This document shows positions 1 to 15,000 of a DNA stretch of 64,000 nucleotides, piece after piece. The first letter of the stretch is position 1. Each line of letters opens with the position of its first letter. A program made the position numbers and the translations under genes. The stretch covers positions 24,291,175 through 24,355,174 of the forward strand of contig NC_092677.1 in the NCBI RefSeq assembly GCF_964355755.1. Direction: 5' to 3'. This DNA is from Antedon mediterranea. Taxonomy: Eukaryota; Animalia; Echinodermata. The notes beneath the pieces were generated by a model. It saw only the letters and a list, made by a program, of their open reading frames with translations. It made no database searches and was not told where the DNA came from.

Positions 1-3000
1 CTTTCGCTTTTATTTCTACTTTCCTTTTCTAAAATCATCAGTGTTAATTTTAATCTGAAGAGCTAATGCTATTAAATTTTGTTACTTAAAGGTAGCATTT
101 TTTGTATGTAGATGATATCGACAGCCTCATAACAAAAGTGTCGAAGTCATAATTTGTTTTTTGTTTTTCTGCCTAACTCACTGCTTATATCAATATACTA
201 TATTTTTTGTGTTTCTGCCTAAGTCAGCTGTGTGACTTAGGCAATTAAGGAGAGCTGACTTATGATCTGCCTAACTCACTGCTTATATCATTATACTGCC
301 CTCTGTACATTATCTGCGTGCTGTTATATACATTTGCACATGCTCAGATCGTTTTTTTGTGTTTCTGCCTAAGTCAGCTGTGTGACTTAGGCAATTAAGG
401 AGAGGAGACTGATGATTTTTAAAATAAAATAAGAAATACATTTTTATAGTATATTTTTTAACCCATTTGTTACAAATTTTTTCGCTTTTATTTCTACTTT
501 CCTTTCTAAAATCATCAGTGTTAATTTTAATCTGAAGAGCTAATGCTATTAAATTTTGTTACTTAAAGGTAGCATTTTTTGTATGTAGATGATATCGACA
601 GCCTCATAACAAAAGTGTCGAAGTCATAATTTGTTTTTTGTTTTTCTGCCTAACTCACTGCTTATATCAATATACTATATTTTTTGTGTTTCTGCCTAAG
701 TCAGCTGTGTGACTTAGGCAATTAAGGAGAGCTGACTTATGATCTGCCTAACTCACTGCTTTTATCATTATACTGCCCTCTGTACATTATCTGCGTGCTG
801 TTATATACATTTGCACATGCTCAGATCGTTTTTTTGTGTTTCTGCCTTAGTCAGCTGTGTGACTTAGGCAATTAAGGAGAGGAGACTGATGATTTTTTAA
901 ATAAAATAAGAAATACATTTTTATAGTATATTTTTTAACCCATTTGTTACAAATTCATTCGCTTTTATTTCTACTTTCCTTTTCTAAAACCATCATTGTT
1001 AATTTTAATATGAAGAGCTAATGCTATTAAATTTTGTTACTTAAAGGTAGCATTTTTTGTATAGAGATGATATCGACAGCCTCATAACAAAAGTGTCTAA
1101 GTCATAATTTGTTTTTTGTTTTTCTGCCTAACTCACTGCTTATATCAATATACTATATTTTTTGTGTTTCTGCCTAAGTCAGCTGTGTGACTTAGGCAAT
1201 TAAAGAGAGCTGACTTATGATCTGCCTAACTCACTGCTTATATCATTATACTGCCCTCTGTACATTATCTGCGTGCTGTTATATACATTTGCACATGCTC
1301 AGATCGTTTTTTTGTGTTTCTGCCTCAGTCAGCTGTGTGACTTAGGCAATTAAGGAGAGGAGACTGATGATTTTTAAAATAAAATAAGAAATACATTTTT
1401 ATAGTATATTTTTTAACCCATTTGTTACAAATTCTTTCGCTTTTATTTCTACTTTCCTTTTCTAAAATCATCAGTGTTAATTTAAGAAGTAGCATTTTTT
1501 GTATGTAGATGATATCGACAGCCTCATAACAAAAGATTCGAAGTCATAATTTGTTTTTTATATTTCTGCCTAACTCACTGCTTATAACAGTATACTATAT
1601 TTTTTGTGTTTCTGCCTAAGTCAGCTGTGTGACTTAGGCAATTAAGGAGAGCTGACTTATGATCTGCCTAACTCACTGCTTATATCATTATACTGCCCTC
1701 TGTACATTATCTTCGTGCTGTTATATACATTTGCACATGCTCAGATCGTTTTTTTGTGTTTCTGCCTCAGTCAGCTGTGTGACTTAGGCAATTAAGGAGA
1801 GGAGACTGATGATTTTTAAAATAAAATAAGAAATACATTTTTATAGTATATTTTTTAACCCATTTGTTACAAATTCTTTCGCTTTTATTTCTACTTTCCT
1901 TTTCTAAAATCATCAGTGTTAATTTTAATCTGAAGAGCTAATGCTATTAAATTTTGTTACTTAAAGGTAGTATTTTTTGTATGTAGATGATATCGACAGC
2001 CTCATAACAAAAGTGTCGAAGTCATAATTTGTTTTTTGTTTTTCTGCCTAACTCACTGCTTATATCAATATACTATATTTTTTTGTGTTTCTGCCTAAGT
2101 CACACAGCTGACTTGGGCAATTAAGGAGAGCTGACTTATCATCTGCCTAACTCACTGCTTATATCTTTATACTGCGCTCTGTACATTATCTGAGTGCTTT
2201 TATATACATTTGCACATGCTCAGATCGTTTTTTTGTGTGTTTCTGCCCAAGTCAGCTGTGTGACTTAGGCAATTAAGGAGAGCTGACTTATCATCTGCCT
2301 AACTCACTGCTTATATCAATATACTATATTTTTTTGTTTTTCTGCCTAAGTCAGCTGTGTGACTTAGGCAATTAAGGAGAGCTGACTTATGATCTGCCTA
2401 ACTCACTGCTTATATCATTATACTGCCCTCTGTACATTATCTGCGTGCTGTTATATACATTTGCACATGCTCAGATCGTTTTTTTGTGTTTCTGCCTAAG
2501 TCAGCTGTGTGACTTAGGCAATTAAGAAGAGGAGACTGATGATTTTTAAAATAAAATAAGAAATACATTTTTATAGTATATTTTTAACCCATTTGTTACA
2601 AATTCTTTCGCTTTTATTTCTACTTTCCTTTTCTAAAATCATCAGTGTTAATTTTAATCTGAAGAGCTAATGCTATTAAATTTTGTTACTTAAAGGTAGC
2701 ATTTTTTGTATGTAGATGATATCGACAGCCTCATAACAAAAGTGTCTAAGTCATAATTTGTTTTTTGTTTTTCTGCCTAACTCACTGCTTATATCAATAT
2801 ACTATATTTTTTGTGTTTCTGCCTAAGTCAGCTGTGTGACTTAGGCAATTAAAGAGAGCTGACTTATGATCTGCCTAACTCACTGCTTATATCATTATAC
2901 TGCCCTCTGTACATTATCTGCGTGCTGTTATATACATTTGCACATGCTCAGATCGTTTTTTTGTGTTTCTGCCTAAGTCAGCTGTGTGACTTAGGCAATT

Positions 3001-6000
3001 AAGGAGAGGAGACTGATGATTTTTAAAATAAAATAAGAAATACATTTTTTATAGTATATTTTTTAACCCATTTGTTACAAATTCTTTCGCTTTTATTTCT
3101 ACTTTCCTTTTCTAAAATCATCAGTGTTAATTTTAATCTGAAGAGCTAATGCTATTAAATTTTGTTACTTAAAGGTAGCATTTTTTGTATGTAGATGATA
3201 TCGACAGCCTCATAACAAAAGTGTCGAAGTCATAATTTGTTTTTTGTTTTTCTGCCTAACTCACTGCTTATATCAATATACTATATTTTTTGTGTTTCTG
3301 CCTAAGTCAGCTGTGTGACTTAGGCAATTAAGGAGAGCTGACTTATGATCTGCCTAACTCACTGCTTATATCATTATACTGCCCTCTGTACATTATATGC
3401 GTGCTGTTATATACATTTGCACATGCTCAGATCGTTTTTTTGTGTTTCTGCCTAAGTCAGCTGTGTGACTTAGGCAATTAAGGAGAGGAGACTGATGATT
3501 TTTAAAATAAAATAAGAAATACATTTTTATAGTATATTTTTTAACCCATTTGTTACAAATTCTTTCGCTTTTATTTCTACTTTCCTTTCTAAAATCATCA
3601 GTGTTAATTTTAATCTGAAGAGCTAATGCTATTAAATTTTGTTACTTAAAGGTAGCATTTTTTGTATGTAGATGATATCGACAGCCTCATAACAAAAGTG
3701 TCGAAGTCATAATTTGTTTTTTGTTTTTCTGCCTAACTCACTGCTTATATCAATATACTATATTTTTTGTGTTTCTGCCTAAGTCAGCTGTGTGACTTAG
3801 GCAATTAAGGAGAGCTGACTTATGATCTGCCTAACTCACTGCTTGTATCATTATACTGCCCTCTGTACATTATCTGCGTGCTGTTATATACATTTGCACA
3901 TGCTCAGATCGTTTTTTTGTGTTTCTGCCTAAGTCAGCTGTGTGACTTAGGCAATTAAGGAGAGGAGACTGATGATTTTTAAAATAAAATAAGAAATACA
4001 TTTTTATAGTATATTTTTTAACCCATTTGTTACAAATTCATTCGCTTTTATTTCTACTTTCCTTTTCTAAAACCATCATTGTTAATTTTAATATGAAGAG
4101 CTAATGCTATTAAATTTTGTTACTTAAAGGTAGCATTTTTTGTATAGAGATTATATCGACAGCCTCATAACAAAAGTGTCTAAGTCATAATTTTTGTTTT
4201 GTTTTTCTGCCGAACTCACTGCTAATATCAATATACTATATTTTTTGTGTTTCTGCCTAAGTCAGCTGTGTGACTTAGGCAATTAAGGAGAGCTGACTTA
4301 TCATCTGCCTAACTCACTGCTTATATCTTTATACTGCCCTCTGTACATTATCTGCGTGCTGTTATATACATTTGCACATGCTCAGATCGTTTTTTTGTGT
4401 TTCTGCCTCAGTCAGCTGTGTGACTTAGGCAATTAAGGAGAGGAGACTGATGATTTTTAAAATAAAATAAGAAATACATTTTTATAGTATATTTTTTAAC
4501 CCATTTGTTACAAATTCTTTCGCTTTTATTTCTACTTTCCTTTTCTAAAATCATCAGTGTTAATTTAAGAAGTAGCATTTTTTGTATGTAGATGATATCG
4601 ACAGCCTCATAACAAAAGATTCGAAGTCATAATTTGTTTTTTATATTTCTGCCTAACTCACTGCTTATAACAGTATACTATATTTTTTGTGTTTCTGCCT
4701 AAGTCAGCTGTGTGACTTAGGCAATTAAGGAGAGCTGACTTATGATCTGCCTAACTCACTGCTTATATCATTATACTGCCCTCTGTACATTATCTTCGTG
4801 CTGTTATATACATTTGCACATGCTCAGATCGTTTTTTTGTGTTTCTGCCTCAGTCAGCTGTGTGACTTAGGCAATTAAGGAGAGGAGACTGATGATTTTT
4901 AAAATAAAATAAGAAATACATTTTTATAGTATATTTTTTAACCCATTTGTTACAAATTCTTTCGCTTTTATTTCTACTTTCCTTTTCTAAAATCATCAGT
5001 GTTAATTTTAATCTGAAGAGCTAATGCTATTAAATTTTGTTACTTAAAGGTAGTATTTTTTGTATGTAGATGATATCGACAGCCTCATAACAAAAGTGTC
5101 GAAGTCATAATTTGTTTTTTGTTTTTCTGCCTAACTCACTGCTTATATCAATATACTATATTTTTTTGTGTTTCTGCCTAAGTCACACAGCTGACTTGGG
5201 CAATTAAGGAGAGCTGACTTATCATCTGCCTAACTCACTGCTTATATCTTTATACTGCGCTCTGTACATTATCTGAGTGCTTTTATATACATTTGCACAT
5301 GCTCAGATCGTTTTTTTGTGTGTTTCTGCCCAAGTCAGCTGTGTGACTTAGGCAATTAAGGAGAGCTGACTTATCATCTGCCTAACTCACTGCTTATATC
5401 AATATACTATATTTTTTTGTTTTTCTGCCTAAGTCAGCTGTGTGACTTAGGCAATTAAGGAGAGCTGACTTATGATCTGCCTAACTCACTGCTTATATCA
5501 TTATACTGCCCTCTGTACATTATCTGCGTGCTGTTATATACATTTGCACATGCTCAGATCGTTTTTTTGTGTTTCTGCCTAAGTCAGCTGTGTGACTTAG
5601 GCAATTAAGAAGAGGAGACTGATGATTTTTAAAATAAAATAAGAAATACATTTTTATAGTATATTTTTAACCCATTTGTTACAAATTCTTTCGCTTTTAT
5701 TTCTACTTTCCTTTTCTAAAATCATCAGTGTTAATTTTAATCTGAAGAGCTAATGCTATTAAATTTTGTTACTTAAAGGTAGCATTTTTTGTATGTAGAT
5801 GATATCGACAGCCTCATAACAAAAGTGTCTAAGTCATAATTTGTTTTTTGTTTTTCTGCCTAACTCACTGCTTATATCAATATACTATATTTTTTGTGTT
5901 TCTGCCTAAGTCAGCTGTGTGACTTAGGCAATTAAAGAGAGCTGACTTATGATCTGCCTAACTCACTGCTTATATCATTATACTGCCCTCTGTACATTAT

Positions 6001-9000
6001 CTGCGTGCTGTTATATACATTTGCACATGCTCAGATCGTTTTTTTGTGTTTCTGCCTAAGTCAGCTGTGTGACTTAGGCAATTAAGGAGAGGAGACTGAT
6101 GATTTTTAAAATAAAATAAGAAATACATTTTTTATAGTATATTTTTTAACCCATTTGTTACAAATTCTTTCGCTTTTATTTCTACTTTCCTTTTCTAAAA
6201 TCATCAGTGTTAATTTTAATCTGAAGAGCTAATGCTATTAAATTTTGTTACTTAAAGGTAGCATTTTTTGTATGTAGATGATATCGACAGCCTCATAACA
6301 AAAGTGTCGAAGTCATAATTTGTTTTTTGTTTTTCTGCCTAACTCACTGCTTATATCAATATACTATATTTTTTGTGTTTCTGCCTAAGTCAGCTGTGTG
6401 ACTTAGGCAATTAAGGAGAGCTGACTTATGATCTGCCTAACTCACTGCTTATATCATTATACTGCCCTCTGTACATTATATGCGTGCTGTTATATACATT
6501 TGCACATGCTCAGATCGTTTTTTTGTGTTTCTGCCTAAGTCAGCTGTGTGACTTAGGCAATTAAGGAGAGGAGACTGATGATTTTTAAAATAAAATAAGA
6601 AATACATTTTTATAGTATATTTTTTAACCCATTTGTTACAAATTCTTTCGCTTTTATTTCTACTTTCCTTTCTAAAATCATCAGTGTTAATTTTAATCTG
6701 AAGAGCTAATGCTATTAAATTTTGTTACTTAAAGGTAGCATTTTTTGTATGTAGATGATATCGACAGCCTCATAACAAAAGTGTCGAAGTCATAATTTGT
6801 TTTTTGTTTTTCTGCCTAACTCACTGCTTATATCAATATACTATATTTTTTGTGTTTCTGCCTAAGTCAGCTGTGTGACTTAGGCAATTAAGGAGAGCTG
6901 ACTTATGATCTGCCTAACTCACTGCTTGTATCATTATACTGCCCTCTGTACATTATCTGCGTGCTGTTATATACATTTGCACATGCTCAGATCGTTTTTT
7001 TGTGTTTCTGCCTAAGTCAGCTGTGTGACTTAGGCAATTAAGGAGAGGAGACTGATGATTTTTAAAATAAAATAAGAAATACATTTTTATAGTATATTTT
7101 TTAACCCATTTGTTACAAATTCATTCGCTTTTATTTCTACTTTCCTTTTCTAAAACCATCATTGTTAATTTTAATATGAAGAGCTAATGCTATTAAATTT
7201 TGTTACTTAAAGGTAGCATTTTTTGTATAGAGATTATATCGACAGCCTCATAACAAAAGTGTCTAAGTCATAATTTTTGTTTTGTTTTTCTGCCGAACTC
7301 ACTGCTAATATCAATATACTATATTTTTTGTGTTTCTGCCTAAGTCAGCTGTGTGACTTAGGCAATTAAGGAGAGCTGACTTATCATCTGCCTAACTCAC
7401 TGCTTATATCTTTATACTGCGCTCTGTACATTATATCTGAGTGCTTTTATATACATTTGCACATGCTCAGATCGTTTTTTTTGTGTTTCTGCCCAAATCA
7501 GCTGTGTGACTTAGGCAATTAAGGAGAGCTGACTTATCATCTGCCTAACTCACTGCTTATATCAATATACTATATTTTTGTGTGTTTCTGCCTAAGTCAG
7601 CTGTGTGACTTAGGCAATTAAGGAGAGTTGACTTATGATCTGCCTAACTCACTGCTTATATCTTTATACTGCCTTCTGTACATTATCTGAGTGCTTTTAT
7701 ATACATTCGAACATGCTCAGATCGTTTTTTTGTGTTTCTGCCCAAGTCAGCTGTGTGACTTAGGCAATTAACGAGAGGAGACTCATGATTTTTTAAATAA
7801 AATAAGAAATACATTTTTATAGTATATTTTTTAACCCATTTGTTACAAAGTCTTTCTCTTTTATTGCTACTTTCCTTTTCTAAAATCATCAGTGTTAATT
7901 TTAATCTGAAGAGCTAATGCTATTAAATTTTGTTACTTAAAGGTAGCATTTTCTGAATGTAGATGATATCGACAGCCTCATAACAAAAGTGTCTAAGTCA
8001 TAATTTGTTTTTTGTTTTTCTGCCTAACTCACTGCTTATATCAATATACTATATTTTTTTGTGTTTCTGCCTAAGTCAGCCGTGTGACTTAGGCAATTAA
8101 GGAGAGCTGACTTATGATCTGCCTAACTCACTGCTTATATCATTATACTGCCCTCTGTACATTATCTGCGTGCTGTTATATACATTTGCACACGCTCAGA
8201 TCGTTTTTTTTTTTGTGTTTCTGCCTAAGTCAGCTGTGTGACTTAGGCAATTAAGGAGAGGAGACTGATGATTTTTAAAATAAAATAAGAAATACATTTT
8301 TATAGTATATTTTTTAACCCATTTGTTACAAATTCTTTCGCTTTTATTTCTACTTTCCTTGTCTAAAACCATCATTTTTATAAATTTAATCTGAAGAGCT
8401 AATGCTATTAAATTTTGTTACTTAAAGGTAGCATTTTTTGTATATAGATGATATCGACAGCCTTATAACAAAAGTGTCTAAGTCATAATTTTTGTTTTGT
8501 TTTTCTGCCTAACTAACTGCTTATATCAATATACTATATTTGTTTGTGTTTCTGCCTAAGTCACCTGTGTGACTTAGGCAATTAAGGAGAGCTGACTGTA
8601 CTTATGATATTCTTAACTCACTGCCCTCTGTACATTATATGAGTGCTTTGATATACATTTGCACATGCTCAGATCGTTTTTTGTGTTTCTGCCTAAGTCA
8701 GCTGTGTGACTTAGGCAATTAAGGAGAGTAGACTCGTGATTTTTTAAATAAAATAAGAAATACATTTTTATAGTATATTTTTTAACCCATTTGTTACAAA
8801 TTCTTTCGCTTTTATTGCTACTTTCCTTTTCTAAAAACCATCAGTGTTAATTTTAATCTGAAGAGCTGATGCTATTAAATTTTGTTACTTAAAGGTAGCA
8901 TTTTTGTATATAGATGATATCGACAGCCTTATAACAAAAGTGTCTAAGTCATAATTTTTGTTTTGTTTTTCTGCCTAACTCACTGCTTATATCAATATAC

Positions 9001-12000
9001 TATATTTTTAGTGTTTCTGCCTAAGTCAGCTGTGTGACTTAGGCAATTAAGGAGAGCTGACTTATGATCTGTCTAACTCACTGCTTATATCATTATACTG
9101 CCCTCTGTACATTATCTGAGTGCTTTCATATACATTCGCACATGCTCAGATCGTTTTTTTGTGTTTCTGCCTAAGTCAGCTGTGTGACTTAGGCAATTAA
9201 GGAGAGGAGACTGATGATTTTTAAAATAAAATAAGAAATACATTTTTATAGTATATTTTTTAACCCATTTGTTACAAATTCTTTCGCTTTTATTTCTACT
9301 TTCCTTTTCTAAAATCATCAGTGTTAATTTTAATCTGAAGAGCTAATGCTATTAAATTTTGTTACTTAAAGGTAGCATTTTTTGTATGTAGATGATATCG
9401 ACAGCCTCATAACAAAAGTGTCGAAGTCATAATTTGTTTTTTGTTTTTCTGCCTAACTCACTGCTTATATCAATATACTATATTTTTTGTGTTTCGGCCT
9501 AAGTCAGCTGTGTGACTTAGGCAATTAAGGAGAGCTGACTTATGATCTGCCTAACTCACTGCTTATATCATTATACTGCCCTCTGTACATTATCTGCGTG
9601 CTGTTATATACATTCGAACATGCTCAGATCGTTTTTTTGTGTTTCTGCCCAAGTCAGCTGTGTGACTTAGGCAATTAACGAGAGGAGACTCATGATTTTT
9701 TAAATAAAATAAGAAATACATTTTTATAGTATATTTTTTAACCCATTTGTTACAAAGTCTTTCTCTTTTATTGCTACTTTCCTTTTCTAAAATCATCAGT
9801 GTTAATTTTAATCTGAAGAGCTAATGCTATTAAATTTTGTTACTTAAAGGTAGCATTTTCTGAATGTAGATGATATCGACAGCCTCATAACAAAAGTGTC
9901 TAAGTCATAATTTGTTTTTTGTTTTTCTGCCTAACTCACTGCTTATATCAATATACTATATTTTTTTGTGTTTCTGCCTAAGTCAGCCGTGTGACTTAGG
10001 CAATTAAGGAGAGCTGACTTATGATCTGCCTAACTCACTGCTTATATCATTATACTGCCCTCTGTACATTATCTGCGTGCTGTTATATACATTTGCACAC
10101 GCTCAGATCGTTTTTTTTTTGTGTTTCTGCCTAAGTCAGCTGTGTGACTTAGGCAATTAAGGAGAGGAGACTGATGATTTTTAAAATAAAATAAGAAATA
10201 CATTTTTATAGTATATTTTTTAACCCATTTGTTACAAATTCTTTCGCTTTTATTTCTACTTTCCTTGTCTAAAACCATCATTTTTATAAATTTAATCTGA
10301 AGAGCTAATGCTATTAAATTTTGTTACTTAAAGGTAGCATTTTTTGTATATAGATGATATCGACAGCCTTATAACAAAAGTGTCTAAGTCATAATTTTTG
10401 TTTTGTTTTTCTGCCTAACTAACTGCTTATATCAATATACTATATTTGTTTGTGTTTCTGCCTAAGTCAGCTGTGTGACTTAGGCAATTAAGGAGAGCTG
10501 ACTGTACTTATGATATTCTTAACTCACTGCCCTCTGTACATTATATGAGTGCTTTGATATACATTTGCACATGCTCAGATCGTTTTTTGTGTTTCTGCCT
10601 AAGTCAGCTGTGTGACTTAGGCAATTAAGGAGAGTAGACTCGTGATTTTTTAAATAAAATAAGAAATACATTTTTATAGTATATTTTTTAACCCATTTGT
10701 TACAAATTCTTTCGCTTTTATTGCTACTTTCCTTTTCTAAAAACCATCAGTGTTAATTTTAATCTGAAGAGCTGATGCTATTAAATTTTGTTACTTAAAG
10801 GTAGCATTTTTGTATATAGATGATATCGACAGCCTCATAACAAAAGTGTCTAAGTCATAATTTTTGTTTTGTTTTTCTGCCTAACTCACTGCTTATATCA
10901 ATATACTATATTTTTAGTGTTTCTGCCTAAGTCAGCTGTGTGACTTAGGCAATTAAGGAGAGCTGACTTATGATCTGCCTAACTCACTGCTTATATCATT
11001 ATACTGCCCTCTGTACATTATCTGCGTGCTGTTATATACATTTGCACATGCTCAGGTCGTTTTTTTTGTGTTTCTGCCTAAGTCAGCTGTGTGACTTAGG
11101 CAATTAAGGAGAGGAGACTGATGATTTTTTAAATAAAATAAGAAATACAGTTTTATAGTATATTTTTAAACCCATTTGTTACAAATTCTTTCTCTTTTAT
11201 TGCTACTTTCCTTTTCTAAAATCATCAGTGTTAATTTTAATCTGAAGAGCTAATGCTATTAAATGTTGTTACTTAAAGGTAGCATTTTTTGTATGTAGAT
11301 GATATCGACAGCCTCATAACAAAAGTGTCTAAGTCATAATTTGTTTTTTTGTTTTTCTGCCTAACTCACTGCTTATATCAATATACTATATTTTTTTGTG
11401 TTTCTGCCTAAGTCAGCTGTGTGACTTAGGCAATTAAGGAGAGCTGACTTATGATCTGCCTAACTCACTGCTTATATCATTATACTGCCCTCTGTACATT
11501 ATCTGCGTGCTGTTATATATATTTGCACATGCTCAGGTCGTTTTTTTTGTGTTTCTGCCTAAGTCAGCTGTGTGACTTAGGCAATTAAGGAGAGGAGACT
11601 GATGATTTTTAAAATAAAATAAGAAATACATTTTTATAGTATATTTTTTAACCCATTTGTTACAAATTCTTTCGCTTTTATTTCTACTTTCCTTTTCTAA
11701 AATCATCAGTGTTAATTTTAATCTGAAGAGCTAATGCTATTAAATTTTGTTACTTAAAGGTAGCATTTTTTGTATGTAGATGATATCGACAGCATCATAA
11801 CAAAAGTGTCTAAGTCATAATTTGTTTTTTGTTTTTCTGCCTAACTCACTGCTTATATCAATATACTATATTTTTTGTGTTTCTGCCTAAGTCAGCTGTG
11901 TGACTTAGGCAATTAAGGAGAGCTGACTTATGATCTGCCTAACTCACTGCTTATATCATTATACTGCCCTCTGTACATTATCTGCGTGCTGTTATATACA

Positions 12001-15000
12001 TTTGCACATGCTCAGATCGTTTTTTTGTGTTTCTGCCTAAGTCAGCTGTGTGACTTAGGCAATTAAGGAGAGGAGACTGATGATTTTTAAAATAAAATAA
12101 GAAATACATTTTTTATAGTATATTTTTTAACCCATTTGTTACAAATTCTTTCGCTTTTATTTCTACTTTCCTTTTCTAAAATCATCAGTGTTAATTTTAA
12201 TCTGAAGAGCTAATGCTATTAAATTTTGTTACTTAAAGGTAGCATTTTTTGTATGTAGATGATATCGACAGCCTCATAACAAAAGTGTCGAAGTCATAAT
12301 TTGTTTTTTGTTTTTCTGCCTAACTCACTGCTTATATCAATATACTATATTTTTTGTGTTTCTGCCTAAGTCAGCTGTGTGACTTAGGCAATTAAGGAGA
12401 GCTGACTTATGATCTGCCTAACTCACTGCTTATATCATTATACTGCCCTCTGTACATTATCTGCGTGCTGTTATATACATTTGCACATGCTCAGATCGTT
12501 TTTTTGTGTTTCTGCCTAAGTCAGCTGTGTGACTTAGGCAATTAAGGAGAGGAGACTGATTATTTTTAAAATAAAATAAGAAATACATTTTTATAGTATA
12601 TTTTTTAACCCATTTGTTACAAATTCTTTCGCTTTTATTTCTACTTTCCTTTCTAAAATCATCAGTGTTAATTTTAATCTGAAGAGCTAATGCTATTAAA
12701 TTTTGTTACTTAAAGGTAGCATTTTTTGTATGTAGATGATATCGACAGCATCATAACAAAAGTGTCTAAGTCATAATTTGTTTTTTGTTTTTCTGCCTAA
12801 CTCACTGCTTATATCAATATACTATATTTTTTGTGTTTCTGCCTAAGTCAGCTGTGTGACTTAGGCAATTAAGGAGAGCTGACTTATGATCTGCCTAACT
12901 CACTGCTTATATCATTATACTGCCCTCTGTACATTATCTGCGTGCTGTTATATACATTTGCACATGCTCAGGTCGTTTTTTTTTGTGTTTCTGCCTAAGT
13001 CAGCTGTGTGACTTAGGCAATTAAGGAGAGGAGACTGATGATTTTTTAAATAAAATAAGAAATACAGTTTTATAGTATATTTTTAAACCCATTTGTTACA
13101 AATTCTTTCTCTTTTATTGCTACTTTCCTTTTCTAAAATCATCAGTGTTAATTTTAATCTGAAGAGCTAATGCTATTAAATGTTGTTACTTAAAGGTAGC
13201 ATTTTTTGTATGTAGATGATATCGACAGCCTCATAACAAAAGTGTCTAAGTCATAATTTGTTTTTTTGTTTTTCTGCCTAACTCACTGCTTATATCAATA
13301 TACTATATTTTTTTGTGTTTCTGCCTAAGTCAGCTGTGTGACTTAGGCAATTAAGGAGAGCTGACTTATGATCTGCCTAACTCACTGCTTATATCATTAT
13401 ACTGCCCTCTGTACATTATCTGCGTGCTGTTATATATATTTGCACATGCTCAGGTCGTTTTTTTTGTGTTTCTGCCTAAGTCAGCTGTGTGACTTAGGCA
13501 ATTAAGGAGAGGAGACTGATGATTTTTAAAATAAAATAAGAAATACATTTTTATAGTATATTTTTTAACCCATTTGTTACAAATTCTTTCGCTTTTATTT
13601 CTACTTTCCTTTTCTAAAATCATCAGTGTTAATTTTAATCTGAAGAGCTAATGCTATTAAATTTTGTTACTTAAAGGTAGCATTTTTTGTATGTAGATGA
13701 TATCGACAGCATCATAACAAAAGTGTCTAAGTCATAATTTGTTTTTTGTTTTTCTGCCTAACTCACTGCTTATATCAATATACTATATTTTTTGTGTTTC
13801 TGCCTAAGTCAGCTGTGTGACTTAGGCAATTAAGGAGAGCTGACTTATGATCTGCCTAACTCACTGCTTATATCATTATACTGCCCTCTGTACATTATCT
13901 GCGTGCTGTTATATACATTTGCACATGCTCAGATCGTTTTTTTGTGTTTCTGCCTAAGTCAGCTGTGTGACTTAGGCAATTAAGGAGAGGAGACTGATGA
14001 TTTTTAAAATAAAATAAGAAATACATTTTTTATAGTATATTTTTTAACCCATTTGTTACAAATTCTTTCGCTTTTATTTCTACTTTCCTTTTCTAAAATC
14101 ATCAGTGTTAATTTTAATCTGAAGAGCTAATGCTATTAAATTTTGTTACTTAAAGGTAGCATTTTTTGTATGTAGATGATATCGACAGCCTCATAACAAA
14201 AGTGTCGAAGTCATAATTTGTTTTTTGTTTTTCTGCCTAACTCACTGCTTATATCAATATACTATATTTTTTGTGTTTCTGCCTAAGTCAGCTGTGTGAC
14301 TTAGGCAATTAAGGAGAGCTGACTTATGATCTGCCTAACTCACTGCTTATATCATTATACTGCCCTCTGTACATTATCTGCGTGCTGTTATATACATTTG
14401 CACATGCTCAGATCGTTTTTTTGTGTTTCTGCCTAAGTCAGCTGTGTGACTTAGGCAATTAAGGAGAGCTGACTTATGATCTGCCTAACTCACTGCTTAT
14501 ATCATTATACTGCCCTCTGTACATTATCTGCGTGCTGTTATATATATTTGCACATGCTCAGGTCGTTTTTTTTGTGTTTCTGCCTAAGTCAGCTGTGTGA
14601 CTTAGGCAATTAAGGAGAGGAGACTGATGATTTTTAAAATAAAATAAGAAATACATTTTTGTAGTATATTTTTTAACCCATTTGTTACAAATTCTTTCGC
14701 TTTTATTTCTACTTTCCTTTTCTAAAATCATCAGTGTTAATTTTAATCTGAAGAGCTAATGCTATTAAATTTTGTTACTTAAAGGTAGCATTTTTTGTAT
14801 GTAGATGATATCGACAGCATCATAACAAAAGTGTCTAAGTCATAATTTGTTTTTTGTTTTTCTGCCTAACTCACTGCTTATATCAATATACTATATTTTT
14901 TGTGTTTCTGCCTAAGTCAGCTGTGTGACTTAGGCAATTAAGGAGAGCTGACTTATGATCTGCCTAACTCACTGCTTATATCATTATACTGCCCTCTGTA